A program made the position numbers and the translations under genes. The notes under the pieces were generated by a model that saw nothing but the letters and a program-made list of their open reading frames with translations, was not told the origin of the DNA and did no database searches. Source: Octopus sinensis (Eukaryota). Taken from it: 64,000 bases of DNA. Where the stretch lies: positions 69,440,001 to 69,504,000 of the forward strand of contig NC_042998.1 of the NCBI RefSeq assembly GCF_006345805.1, in the 5' to 3' direction. This document shows positions 41,385-54,289 of this stretch, piece after piece (within the stretch, counting starts at the first letter, position 1; every line of letters begins with the position of its first letter).

Positions 41385-41561
41385 AAGCCCAGGCCTGAAA
41401 ATACAGGCGAGAAGAAGCAAGCCCTGGCCTGAAGATACAGGTAAGAAGAAGCAAGCCCAGGCTTGAAGATACAGGTAAGAAGAAGCAAGCCCAGGCCTGA
41501 AAATACAGGTGAGAAGAAGCAAGCCCAGGCCTGAAGATACAGGTGAGAAGAAGCAAGCCAG
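41385..41561 (+). repeat. 34-bp minisatellite, 5 full copies plus a partial
   Basis: Unit AAGCCCAGGCCTGAAGATACAGGTGAGAAGAAGC starting at 41385, 41419, 41453, 41487, 41521. Confidence 0.95.
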
Positions 41562-44500
41562 GAACAATTTGGACAGCTTCGACCAGATCTAAGAAAACTA
41601 CATCGAATCATCAACATTGTTAACCCTGTTATTTACTTTTAACTGGTTTCAGTTATTAGACTGCGGCCATGCTGGGGCACCACCTTGAAGAATTTTAGTC
41701 AAAATGAATTTACCCCACTTTCTATATTTTTAAGACTGGCACTTGTTCTGTCGGTCTCTTTTGCCAAACTGCTAAACTACACCAATGAAACTGGTCGTCA
41801 GGCAGTGGTTGGGAACACACAAACACGTGTATATATATATATATATATATTATATATGTATATATATGTACGTATGTACTTATGTGTTTATATATATGGA
41901 TGTATATTAGAAAAAATAAGGTATTCAGAGATCTGGATGGTTGTACATATACAAATATGATGTTATGTTTTTACAAATCACATATTTTCATCTACTCTAA
42001 CGGAATCTGTAGATGAACCCAGAACCATGTGGTTGGAAAGCAAGCTTCTTACCAAATGACCACGCCTGTATCTGTCAAGTGGTGCAGAAAAAATGTTTTA
42101 ACAGCAACATTAATAAACTTCCATTCGATTGTTGGTTTCAGAAGAGTTGCCTAAAATACTCTTCTGACAATACACTGAAGAATATTGTCAGTGATCTGCT
42201 CACTGAACAGAACCCATCAAACACCAATTTTCTTCAGAAAGATCAGTCTTACTTCACTAACTATTAGGAAATTTTCTGGCTAGTAGCATGCTGTTGAAGA
42301 TATTAAATGAAATCAATTGGTAATTAGAATTTTACATCTCCAGGTGATATGGTTACTGTCTTCTCACATGAAAGGTGAAGTCAGTATTGAGAGACCAATC
42401 CAATGTTGCTTCTTGTGAAAAGCCATACACCAGTGAGGTTCTCTAATAAATAAGATGGCATACCCTTATTAATTCAATCCCATATAATTCAAAGGCAGAA
42501 CTATATCAGTGTAGGATAATATATTTAAAAGGTTGCAGAAAAGGAAAATAATTAAACAACAAAAACAAGAGATGGATACAAGCTAATTAACTTCATGATG
42601 TAAAAAAAAAAAAAAAGACATAGGAGAGAACTTTGAACTGTAGATCTTTTAACGAGAAAAAAACAAAGTTTAGTGAGAATAATGATTTGCAGTGAAGAAA
42701 TGGAGGACAAAGAGTTAGAAAGAAAAGGTGCTTTTCAGCCAGAAGAGTGTTTTCCATTCAAGGGAGATAATGTTTGAGACTTGATTTATGCATACGAGAG
42801 AGAATTTGTGTTCTGATTTATTGAGTCAAGAGAGATAAGATATGAAAATATGTTTTGTATGTGTGTGTTGTGTCGGTATGTTTCTACTCCTGAGTTGTTG
42901 ATATGAATGAAGCATGATACGTATGATAGATGGATAGAGTGTGTGTGTAAAAACAGAAAGAGTTATGAAGTACACTGTAGGTCATTTATCAGTATATGCT
43001 GTGGAGTTAAGAGAAAAGTAGAGTTAATAAATGAAAACAAGTTTGATATTTCTTGTGAGAAGACCTGGCAAGCCAAATGAAACCATAATCTCATGGCCTA
43101 TGCCAGGGCGTAACCAGCCAACTTATGCATAACCTTTTCCTTCTTTGGACACATTGGCATGTAAAAGGGCACCATTCGAGCATGATCGTTACCAAAGTCG
43201 CCTTACTGGCACCTGTGCTGGTGGCATGTGTAAAAGGATTTGAGCGAGGTCATTGCCAGTACAGCCCAACTGGCCCCCTGCCGGTGGCACGTAAAAAGCA
43301 TCCACTACACTCTTGGAGTGGTTGGCGCTAGGAAGGGCATCCAGCTGTACAAACCATGCCACATCAAGATTGGAGCCTGGTGCAACCATCTGGTTCGCCA
43401 GCCCTCAGTCAAAATCGTCCAACCCATGCTAGCATGGAAAGTGTACGTTAAACGATGATGATGCAAGCAGAGGAGGGTGATCCATTGTGTAAATGAGCTA
43501 TAGATTGAAGCAATTCAATGTTGCTACACGAGATGTCTTTTAAGTGATGCCCTATAATCATACATTACACATGGTTATGTTTGTTGCTGTTTTAAAATAG
43601 TGTATCAAGGAAGACAACTATAAAAACGGTGAATCCAAATGTCCACCTTGTGCACGCTTGCATGGGCCTGAGTAAATTTGAAGCAGATTTTCTATAATTG
43701 GACACCCTTCCTGTCACCAACCCTCAACCATTTCCAAGCAAGATTAAATTTTCCCATGGCCAGACATGGTTTTGCACTGGTGTTAGTGCCACCTAAAAGG
43801 CACATAGTACACTCTATAAAGTGGTTGGCATTAGAAAAGTGATCCAGCTGCAGAAACCAAGCCAAAAGAGAGAAATGGAGCTGAGTGTGGCCCATGCCAG
43901 CATGGAAAATGGACGTTAGATGATGATGTGATGTCAAGATACACGCACATCTAATGATTATAATATTAAGATAATGACTGGTATACCAGGAACACCTTCA
44001 GCAAGAAAAACAAACAGTAAAGTTATTGATAATATCTCATGCAGTGAGACAAATTAAAAATTACATCCGAAGTGAAGATAATTTCAGTTCAATGAAGGTA
44101 AGGGAGACAACCCCGTAATTTAAGTCATTAAAAATAGATTGCGAGAATCCAATTTTATAATTCTTTTTAATATTCATAGTTGTCTCCCTTGCATTCTCTA
44201 ATCAGTGTTAATCATTAATCTAATAAATCTTTCCTCTCATTACGGATGTCAACTTAAAATTTTTTGGCTCTCTACATTAAACATGTTAGCCTTAAATTTA
44301 TTATGGCAGTCTTGCATTGGTCGTGGTGTTTGAACATACCAAAATATCAATGGGTATAGTACGATGGAATAAGGTCCCTCAGCTGTTTTACAAACACACA
44401 CTATCTATCTCTTTTTCTGCGCGCATGCGTGTGTGTATGCCTCTAGCACCAAAACTGGTTGAATGTCCAGTCAGCTGTGCCGAATTGTTAGCATCCATAA

Positions 44501-44689
44501 CACCAGCACACAATCGTCTTCTTCCTCTTTGTTTCCTGGGTTCATTCAACCATTTCTTTGCGAACTTTCTTGTCCATGGAAGACTCAAAAAGCAGAGTCA
44601 GGGAAGCATATCATGTGACCAAACAAACCCCTTCAACTATTTTGCCTTTGAAAAATTGACAGAAGATTGTTGTATCCAAGCGGCACTTT

Positions 44690-45140
44690 ACCGATCTCAC
44701 TGATGATCTTTTCCTGTCAGAGCCAGCTAATCGATTTGTCAGCAGCTTCCATATCGATCTTGATGGCTCTTCTTCAATGAACTCGTGAAATGCCAGAGTT
44801 CCATAGACATTACAACTTGCAAACTCTCAACTGCCAACCGCCACATGCAAAAACCTTGTTTCCCATCCATTCCTGCAGCAATCATCCACCAACTCCTCGT
44901 ATTTGGGTCCCTTCCTCACTTGAGCCTACTCCATCCTCTCGTTTCATGACACTTAAGTCCAGAAGAAATAGTTGCTTTTGCCCTGGAAACCAAGATGGTT
45001 CTGGTCACAGTAATGTCTGGGTAATGTGCACCGGAAACTTTAGCTGTTTCTGTAGGTCAGCTTCCGTCATCCTGCTCCTTGTTGTGAAAAATAATCCCTC
45101 GGAGCTGCCCTTGGGTATTTTTGTTCGTCTCTCTCCCATA
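44690..45140 (-). mobile_element. HERO-like (R2-superfamily, restriction-like endonuclease) non-LTR retrotransposon 3' fragment
   Basis: ADLQKQLKFPVHITQTLL*P and ERME*AQVRKGPKYEELVDDCCRNGWETRF, matching the DL..QLKFP.HI..T.LRPD / RK..KYEEL...C..NGW motifs; stops and frameshifts. Confidence 0.7.
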
Positions 45141-45479
45141 TTATTAAGCAAGTATGGCGGTGTGCTTGAGAAGCCTGCTTCCTAACCATGTGGTCTTGGT
45201 TCGGTTCAATTGCATAGCATCTTGGCAAATATCTTCCAGTCTAGCTTAGTATTGCTTTGTGAGTAAATTTGGCAGGCAAAAAACCTGCATAAGTCTGTTG
45301 TGAATACATTAATTTGTACATCACCGCCAGGTAACAGGTGTGAGCTCTTTAGGTCCGCATAATTTAGTACATTACTAAAACAGAATGATATGATAAACTA
45401 AATATTAAACTTAAAATGGAGGTATTTATTATATAATTTATACCGAAGTAAAATTCGAGTTTTAAGACCATTTTTAAGG

Positions 45480-45760
45480 CAGTGGTTCCCAAACGATTTT
45501 GGGCAGCCACCCCTTTGACACCCAGGCCACATTCTTAGCGCACTCACCCCACAAACCACTCTCTGCATCAAATTCAAAACAATTGTACTTCACAAATAAA
45601 ACTTAACCTAATTAACCCATTATTTTGTTTTTCATACATCGCCCCCATCCCACCCCTTTTGGCCACTCCATTATTAGCCCCCACACACTTTTCCTCAGCG
45701 CCCCCTTGAATCTTTCCACCCCATCCCAGGGGGAGGTACCGCCCACTTTCGGAACCACTG
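45480..45760. mobile_element. hAT-type MITE, 281 bp
   Basis: TIR CAGTGGTTCCCAAA / TTTCGGAACCACTG (1 mismatch); perfect 8-bp TSD TTTTAAGG at 45472-45479 and 45761-45768. Confidence 0.9.
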
Positions 45761-46289
45761 TTTTAAGGGTTCAACTTTTATGCGGACACTGCTTTTTCAG
45801 GGACTGAACTTCATGTTTAACCCACTCGAGATCGCCCCTGATTTGTGACACAAACTTACGGTTTTCAAGTGGTCGATATATTCGGAAATGCATGGCTATA
45901 TCTGGGTGTATTTGGTAGAGTTCAGTGTATTTAGTACAAATCAGAATGAGCGGTGTGTTTAATACAAATCAAGAGAAAAGTATTGTACTCACGGGACTAG
46001 TTTTAGAACTAATCTTGGGTTTAGTTTTGGTTTATATTTGTTCCTCCAGGTTGTATATAAATTTGTGTAAATTTATCCTCCGATGATAGTAAAATAGTAG
46101 AATTCAAGAGTTCTGAGACTAAAAACAGGGAAAGTTACTGCTGGTTTGAGTTGAAATCTGTTTCTTTGGCTACTCGAAATTAAAACCTTCCAACAAAATT
46201 CCACGTTAATTTATGCTCCAAACATCACCTTAATACGCCTTTCTACTATAGGTACAAGGTCTGAAATTCTGTGGGAGGGAGCTGGTCGA

Positions 46290-46845
46290 GTACATAGACC
46301 CTAATGCTTAACTGGTGGTTATTTTATCAACCCCAAAAGAATGAGAAGCAAAGCCGACCTCGGAGGAATTTGAACTCAGAACGTAAAGACAAAATGCTGC
46401 TAAGCATTTTACCCGGCGTGCTAACGACTCTGCCAGCTCGCCACCCTGACACTTAATAATCCTTTCTACTCTAAGCACAAGGCCTGAAATTTGTGGGAGA
46501 GGAGCCAGTTGATTAGATCGACCCCAGTACTCAAATGGTATTTAATTTATCGACCCCGAAAATATAAAAGTTAAATTCGATCTCGGCGGAATTTGAATTC
46601 AGAACGTAAAGAAAGACGAAATACCTATTTCTTTATTGCCCACAAGGAGGACAAACAAGGAAAGACACACGGATTAAGTCGATTATATCGACCCCAGTGC
46701 GTAACTGGTACTTAATTAATCGACCCTGAAAGGATGAAAGGCAAAGTCGACCTCGGCGGAATTTGAACTCAGAACGTAGCGGCAGACGAAATACCGTTAA
46801 GCATTTCGCCCGGCATGCTAACGATTCTGCCAGCTCGTCGCCCTG
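46290..46845 (-). mobile_element. Cluster of SINE family B monomer/dimer copies (others near 24170, 32900, 35830-36420, 48470, 60620)
   Basis: Repeated GTTCTGAGTTCAAATTCCGCCGAGGTCGACTTTGCCTTTCATCC unit with TGGCAGAATCGTTAGC head on the minus strand. Confidence 0.85.
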
Positions 46846-49290
46846 ACACTGACTTAATGACAAAGCTGTTTAACTAAATTCTTCATTATTTTCAAAATTA
46901 ATTTTTAAAAAGCACGTATATTTCAGTTGAAATATGGTAACAAAAGGGTTAACCTGGGTCAAATTTTAATTAAACAAAAACCTAATTGTTGTATAAATCA
47001 ATACAAAACAAAAGTAAAAAGATTGATGGGAATTTATGCATGATTGTATACATCAAAATACATGTCCTGCTATAAAACTCTGATAAATCATTACCATGGA
47101 CAATTTGCACTTAGTCTTAGCACGCACAGAGTTATAGGGTAGCATGGTCCAAAAGATTCTTGTATAGGAAGTTAGTAAGCTCCAGGCATATACGCAGTTT
47201 AGATGAAAAAAGGTGAACAGTTTAATCGCCATCGTATGTTCTGTACACCTCATGACATGTTGAATCAATGAAATTTTCGATAAGCTGACAATCATCATAC
47301 AACTCATGGTTCAGTAACTAAAATATGTGAATAAAAATCCAAGAATGTAAGGAATGGAAAAAGTATATGAAAACAACAGGTTTCATAGTTAATAATTATT
47401 ACATAACTTACAGGTTGTGTAACATATTGTTTAGATATGAAACACATTTAGTCTTTATTTGCCTTTTCCATGCTTTACAGTCATATAAAGACTATATAAG
47501 TATATATCGATATTTTCCAAAATCCACTCTCAATAAAAAATCTGAAGCTACTCGGCATTACAATGACAAGTGTATTGCAAGTTCATAACTCGTCACATTT
47601 TCCTTTTAGCTGAACAAAATACTGGGACTCAAAGAACAAACGAAAAAAAAACAAAAAAACATAGTAAGAAGGCATGACAGACTTTCGCAATAGCTGTCAC
47701 AAATAAGTTGGGATTTCTGCGTTTTTGTTGGAATTTTTAAAAAATTATTTTTTTTAGATTTCTAATAAAAAGCGTGGTAGGGTGTTTTTTGAAAAAAATC
47801 TTAATTTCTTATTTTTAAACTGTTCTCCTCCGCCCCATCGCGTCTTTAGAACAACCACCACCACTGAATTTTTTTTTATTTACCTTTTTGCTATTTTTCG
47901 TCCTTTCATTATATTAAACATCCCAAAACACTTGAAATTCGCATTTTAATAGGGTTTTTTTCTCAATTCTTAAATTGCCCCCAACTCCGTCGCATTTCAC
48001 TATTAATATTAATTTTGCTTTTTCTTTTACTATTTTCGTCTATTTTTTTTATATACTTTTACGTTCTACAAAACATTTTTTCATACAGCATAAAAATAAA
48101 ATTAAGAGAAAAAGAATATATTTAAACTTACCTTTTTTAACGTTTATAATTTCCATAAAATTCAATTTTACACGCCTTTTTTTTTTCATCTCCTTCACAC
48201 GACAAAAACAATTAGAAATATATCGTTTTAGTTACAAAAAAGGTGTTGCAACAACCACCTACTGCTACGAAAATAGGAATCTAACGGTCAGGTTTCGAAT
48301 CACTGACACAGGCGAAAACAGATTTTTTTTTGGTCCTATTAAACTTTTTCGTCAACTAAAAAAATATTCTTTTCTACATTTTAAACGACATTTTTTACAA
48401 ATACTTCTTTGGTAATTCTAATTTTCTTTTCCCACATCCACTTGTAGTAAGTGTTTGGTTTTGTTATAGGCATAAGGCCTGAAATTTTGAAGGGTGGGGT
48501 ACAGTCGATTACATCGACCCCAGTGCTTGACTGCTACTTATTTCATCGACCCCCAAAGGATGAAAGGCAATGCCGACCTCGGCGGAATTTGAACTTAGAA
48601 CGTAGCGACGAGCGAAATAATGTTTGGTTTTAATAATGAAAGATACGATGACGAAAGAATTTTTTTTAATGCGAATTCCAAGTGTTTCAGAATGAGGAAT
48701 ATAATAAAATGATGGGAAAAAAAACGAAAAAGAAAGAAACAATACAATTTTAGATTTGCTCCCTGCTCTAAACACACAGTGAGAGGTGGTGGAAAGTAGA
48801 GGCGTTTATAAAAAAAAAACGTGGGCTTAACATTTTTTTCTTTTTTAAGGTCTCCCCAAATTTTTTTATATCACACTTTTGAAAATTGCTATACAAAAGA
48901 AACCCCAGCTTTGGTGGGACAACTGTCTGCTATTCCGAAAAACCGCCAAACTTTCTTTGACAAATCATTTCGTAGAACAATTTGTTCTTGGAAATATCGA
49001 ATCTTGCTCTTTTACACCCTGAGCGAGCGCTCACACACACACATATATACACATATACTGTGTATAATTAGTAATCGATATTTTCCAAAATACACTCTCA
49101 ATACCAAATTTGAAGTACTTACCAGAAGCTGTTTGATACTGCAATGATACACGAGTATCACAGGTCCATAACTCAACACATTTTCTTTTTAGCAGGACAA
49201 AAATCAGAAACGAAAAAGCCAGAATAATAGAAACCGAAACAGTCTTTCAGAATAGCTGTCCTACGTAAGCTGACGGCAAAACAGACTCAC

Positions 49291-49373
49291 CCTGAAAGCA
49301 ATTGGTAAAACGTCTACGAATTTTAAGCAAACGTCTGTAATAACGGTAAAGCAAAGTAAAATAAACCGGAAGT
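49291..49373 (-). promoter_or_regulatory. Candidate promoter and non-coding first exon
   Basis: ETS-type motif ACCGGAAGT at 49365-49373 in CpG-retaining unique sequence; on minus, a donor CAGG|GTGAGT follows at 49291/49290. Confidence 0.35.
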
Positions 49374-50134
49374 TGTGGGAAAGGGTTGATCAGACAACGA
49401 TATTGGATAATGGACTGAGAACTAGTCGTGGCCTCTGGTGTGGTATTATCAACAAAACGTTGTTGTTAATATAGTATAATAGGCACAGGCGTGGTTGTGT
49501 ATAAGAAGCTTGCTTCCCAATAACATGGTTCTGGGTTCAGTCCCACTGGGTGGCACCTTAGGAAAGTGTCTTCTAATATAGCTTCGGGCCGACCAAAGCC
49601 TTGTGAATAAATTTGGTAGATGGAAACTGAAAGAAGCCCGTCGTATATATATATGTGTGTGTGTTTCTGTATGTGTATACCTATATGTGAATCTATCTGT
49701 ATGTATGTGTTTGTCCACCACCGCTTGACAAGCGGTGTTGGTGTGTTTACAACCCCGTAACTTAGTGGTTCAACAAAAGAGACTGATAGAATAAGTACCA
49801 GGCTAAGACAGTTGATTTGTTCGACTTCAAGGCGATGCCCCAGGATGGCCGTAGTCTAATGACTGAAACAAGTAAAAGAAAAAAAGAAAAGACAAGTATA
49901 AAACAAAACCTAACATTTTTAAGGTTAATAAAAAAGATATTGTATTAATATTTTCCCCATAAAAACTCCGCCGCCGTCACTGCCACAACTGAATGAAACA
50001 TTTTGATTGTATTTCAGTTTTAAAGTCCGTTAATGAATTATGAGAAAATATAATTTATCAGTAAAGTGCTAAACTTTTTTAATACATCCTAAAGTAAATT
50101 AGAATTTAAGTGTGGCTTTAAACTACAGTTCATT

Positions 50135-51010
50135 TTAACCATCCACCCATCCCTCTTATTCCACCTTCTGGGAGGGTCATTGGAATACGGTCTTCAGGCA
50201 CCACCACCCCCTGGGTTCTATCAGAAGCAACTGTCATTACACTATTTGGTTGGATTCCAAGGCGTGACCAACTGAGGCTGTGGGTATTATCCAATCGTCT
50301 TGCTCTAGGTCTGGCTCGGTTTGAAGAATTCGTCTTACGATTCTTTCCAGCGTCATTATAATCACGTCCGTGGTTCTATTGTTGTGGTGACCTCTCGCTG
50401 CTGGGAAGTAACAGCTCTACTTTGAGAGATTCCTTGATCTCCGAGCTGTGCACCCAGTCAAGGACCATTTCTGCCGGGATCCTTCGGAGGAACCCCATTT
50501 TAGCCACTTGTATTCGCGACCGAATTCTTTCAGTTATTATACAACATTTATGACCAAATGTGAAGATAAACACAAAAACCGAATTGAAGACAAGTTTGGC
50601 TTTTTTACCGACTTATAATTTTATGAAGATCGAATGCAGAAAATGATGCATTACTGTTCCACCACCTTCAGTTCTAGCATTCAGATCCAGCTTCTTGCTT
50701 TTCATCACTCGTGAATACGGCCCTGAGATACTTAAACCTCTCTACTTGCTTCGGTGATGTTCCATTAACATGCAGAGATGCTTGGGAAAACTTCTTTGAG
50801 CTGACCAATGTCTCAGTCTTCACAAAACTTATTCTCATCCCAGTCTTGTAGTATGTGGCGATGAACCCAAGCGGTGCATGCTGGCGATCCTCTTCTGGCG
50901 TACCAAGAAGAATTATTTTAGAACTTCACACTCTTCTTCGTTTTGAGCACTGATTAAAGCTTCCCAAACATAAGGATGAATGATGTCATCATGTGGATCT
51001 TCTCCATCTT
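50135..51010 (-). mobile_element. Decayed RTE LINE of Expander/Rex3 type
   Basis: FGHKCCIITERIRSRIQVAKMGFLRRI...VHSSEIKESLKVELLL, later SWSRLGIQP, and a GATGG-type tail near 50135-50150. Confidence 0.75.
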
Positions 51011-52621
51011 CGTTATCCTCCCACTACAGTAGTACATCAACCACCTCTTCGTCAGTGTTGTCCTGGAACCAAGTGGTTGGGAAGCAAAATTCTTACCACA
51101 CAGTCACACCTGCACCTATCACACGTTAGATATGATAAACAGATGACTAGTTATTAAAGTAGGCTGCGTGGTAAGTAGTTTGCTTACGAACCGCATGGTT
51201 CCGGGTTGAGTCCCACTGCGTGGCACCTTGGGCAAGTGTCTTTTACTATAGCCTCGGGCCGACCAAAGCCTTGTGAGTGGATTTGGTAGACAGAAACTGA
51301 AAGAAGCCTGTCGTATATATGTATATGTGTGAGTATATGTTTGTCCCTCCAACATCGCTTGACAACCGATGCTGGTGTGTTTACGTCCCTGTAACTTAGC
51401 GGTTCGGCAAAAGAGACAGATAGAATAAGCACTAGGCTTACAAAGAATAAGTCCTGGGGTCGATTTGCTCGACTAAAGGCGGTGCTCCAGCCTGGCCACA
51501 GTCAAATGACTGAAACAAGTAAAAGAGTAAATATTGTTTCAAGAGAAATTTTCCGAGGCAGTATACACATTATTCGTGTTGTGCAGAAAAATAATGTTTA
51601 AAGAGAGAAATAGTACCGTTCTATGTTATTTATGCCTCACTAAATTGAGCCAGCAAGTGTGATTTTTGTCCAGCTAAAAAGAAAATGTGTTATGTGATAT
51701 TCGTGTATCATTGCAGTATCAAACAGCTTCTGGTATGTACTTCAAATTTAGTATTGAGAGTAGCGTACTTTAAGTCAGTCACGAGATCAGGAAACATTAT
51801 TTCTAATTAAAATTAATTCTCGATCCATTATTAGTTTTCTTTAGCAGAACTTAAGAACAATACTTCGATTTTGATTAGTATAATTTAAAATTATATTCAT
51901 CAGAATATTTCCCCTTCGTAACAATATATACGACGGGCTACTTTCAGTTTCCGTCTACCAAATCCACACACAAGACTTTGGTTGGCCCAAGGGTATTGTA
52001 GAAGACACTTGCCTAAGTTGCCACACAATGGGACTGAATCCGGAACCATGTGGTTGGGAAGCAAGCTTCTTACCACACAGCCACATTCATTTATCATTGA
52101 CTCATTTAACAAGTTAGTTTTATTTATTTATTTTTTAACCAAACACCCGTGATAAACGCAGGTAGATGTACCTGCTTTAAAGAAACTATTTTGCGTCTGT
52201 TATTGATGCATGAAATAATTATTTATGATTCGCACCATAACCTGCCACAGAAATAGTCTATTGCGCAATAACGGAGAATAATTTCAGGGCGAACTGAATT
52301 TGTGACCTCTTTTCGGCTTTCGATTATTTTGTTACTGTAATGAGACTAATGTGCTACCTACTGCTCTGCCAAGGTAGTTTACAGTATTATTTACATTGGA
52401 GATCGGTATGATGTCTCGCGTTTCTCGTGTGTCCATTTAAATGAGGAATGAAGATATAAACAAGTTTAGCTATTCCTCTTGGGTATCAGCTTTGTGATTA
52501 GCAGAGAACAGTGTCAGACGTAACTATGGATAACTAGCGCCTGATGTGAAATAACAAACAACCTACACTGATAGCAGAGAGAAGGGAAGTTTTTTTAAAC
52601 ATGACAACAAATTTGCTTGTC

Positions 52622-52655
<34 letters not shown>

Positions 52656-52657
52656 TA

Positions 52658-54212
52658 TAGGGTGATTCAAAAGTCGACATACATTATTCTTTTTCTTTTC
52701 TTTTATTCTTTTATTTGTTTCAGTCATTTGCCTGTGGCTATGCTGGAGCACCGCCTTTAGTCGCAAATCGACCCCAGGACTTATTCTCTGTAAGCCTAGT
52801 ACTTATTATGTGATAAGTAGCTTGCTTACCAACCACAAGGTTCCGGGTTCCGGTCCACTGCATGGCAACTTGGGCAATCGTCTTCTACTATAGCCTCGCT
52901 AAGTTACGGTGACGTAAACACACCAGCATCGGATGTCAAGCCGATGTTGGGGGGGGGGGCAAACACAGACACACAAACATATACACACACACATATATAT
53001 AAACATACATACAACGAGCTTCTTTCAGTTTCCGTCTATCACAGTTTCCATCCACTCACAAGGCTTTGGTCGGCCCGAGGCTATAGTAGAAGACGATTGC
53101 CCAAGTTGCCATGCAGTGGGACGGAACCCGGAACCTTGTGGTTGGTAAGCAAGCTACTTACCACACAGCCATTCCTCTGACACCAAACCGACTTGCAAGC
53201 TCTTTCACACACTACACAGGTCGAATCACCCGGTCTAAGAGGAAAAACGTTGCATACAGTTGATCTTTCATGGGGCTTCAGATGATTGACATACCCAACC
53301 TTGGAAAGACGTACACGGTGACACGTTTCGTACCTGCAACACTTTATGCTTCCACTGAAGTTTTGACGACAGCCCCTGGAAAGCTTCGGGTTTTCGTGCT
53401 CAAATTGCCGCTGTTCAAAAGTTTTACAACCTTCCCTTATACGCTTCTAAAGTTAGTTCTTCCCAGTTCTTCACAATCTTGCATTGATTTGCAGTTCCTT
53501 CAGGTTACCTTTTATGTAGCCTTTGTAATTTCTTGTAGTGTTTGCTGAGGACGCTTTTCAGTGCGCAGCTCAGTGTAGAAAACACACACACACACACACA
53601 AACACACATAACACACATACGCTCTCCTCACAAACACACATAACACACATACGCTCTCCTCACAAACACACACACACCCTCTCTCTCTCATAAACACACA
53701 CACACACTATCTCTCTCTCACACACACACAAACACACACGCTCTCTTTCCCACAAACACACACACTCCCTCTCTCTCTCAAACACACACATACACACTCA
53801 CACATACACACGCAACAATGACAGGAAGAGAGACAAAGAGAGAGAGAAAAACCTGTCCCAGTACTAGACAAATATTTTACTTAGCGGCCCCTGAAAGGAA
53901 GTAAAGTAAGGTTTTTTTTTTATTTAACAGGCTCTATATGGTTACCATTGTTTTGAATACACATTGCAATACATTTACCCCACTCATTGTGAACTCGTAA
54001 TAACACATCTGGTGTTACGTGTCCAAATGAGTTGGTGATGCGTTCCTTCAAATGATTCATGTCTTTTATCCTTCCACGATTCACTATGCCTTTTAAATGC
54101 CCCCAAATATAGAAATCAAGAGGGATCAGATCAGGGAATCTAGGGTATCTTATAAAATTAATTATAAAAAAAATAAATTTTTCCTATGTATAAAGACTTT
54201 TGAATCACCCTG
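52658..54212 (-). mobile_element. Tc1/mariner internal-deletion derivative with nested SINE, RTE and microsatellite insertions
   Basis: 18-bp TIRs (C/T)AGGGTGATTCAAAAGTC at 52658-52675 and 54195-54212, each flanked by TA. Transposase C-terminus PRFPDLIPLDFYIWGHLKGIV...HLKERIT...C....G.HIE at about 53920-54145. Confidence 0.85.
53175..53570 (-). mobile_element. Decayed RTE LINE 3' fragment with C2H2-like fingers
   Basis: Pieces read KGYIKGNLKELQIN / NWEELTL / GCKTFEQRQFEHE / CHRVRLSKVGYVNHLKPH / TCVVCERACKS across frameshifts. Confidence 0.65.
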
Positions 54213-54289
54213 TATATACTAATCGAAGTGTTAGTATTATATATCAATTACAATCAATCTTACCAATCGGTTTTGCACTAAGAATTCAA

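Noticed and set aside
41385-41561. 34-bp periodic repeat as a CRISPR array
   Set aside because: Units are contiguous with no unique spacers, there are no cas genes, and the context is eukaryotic.
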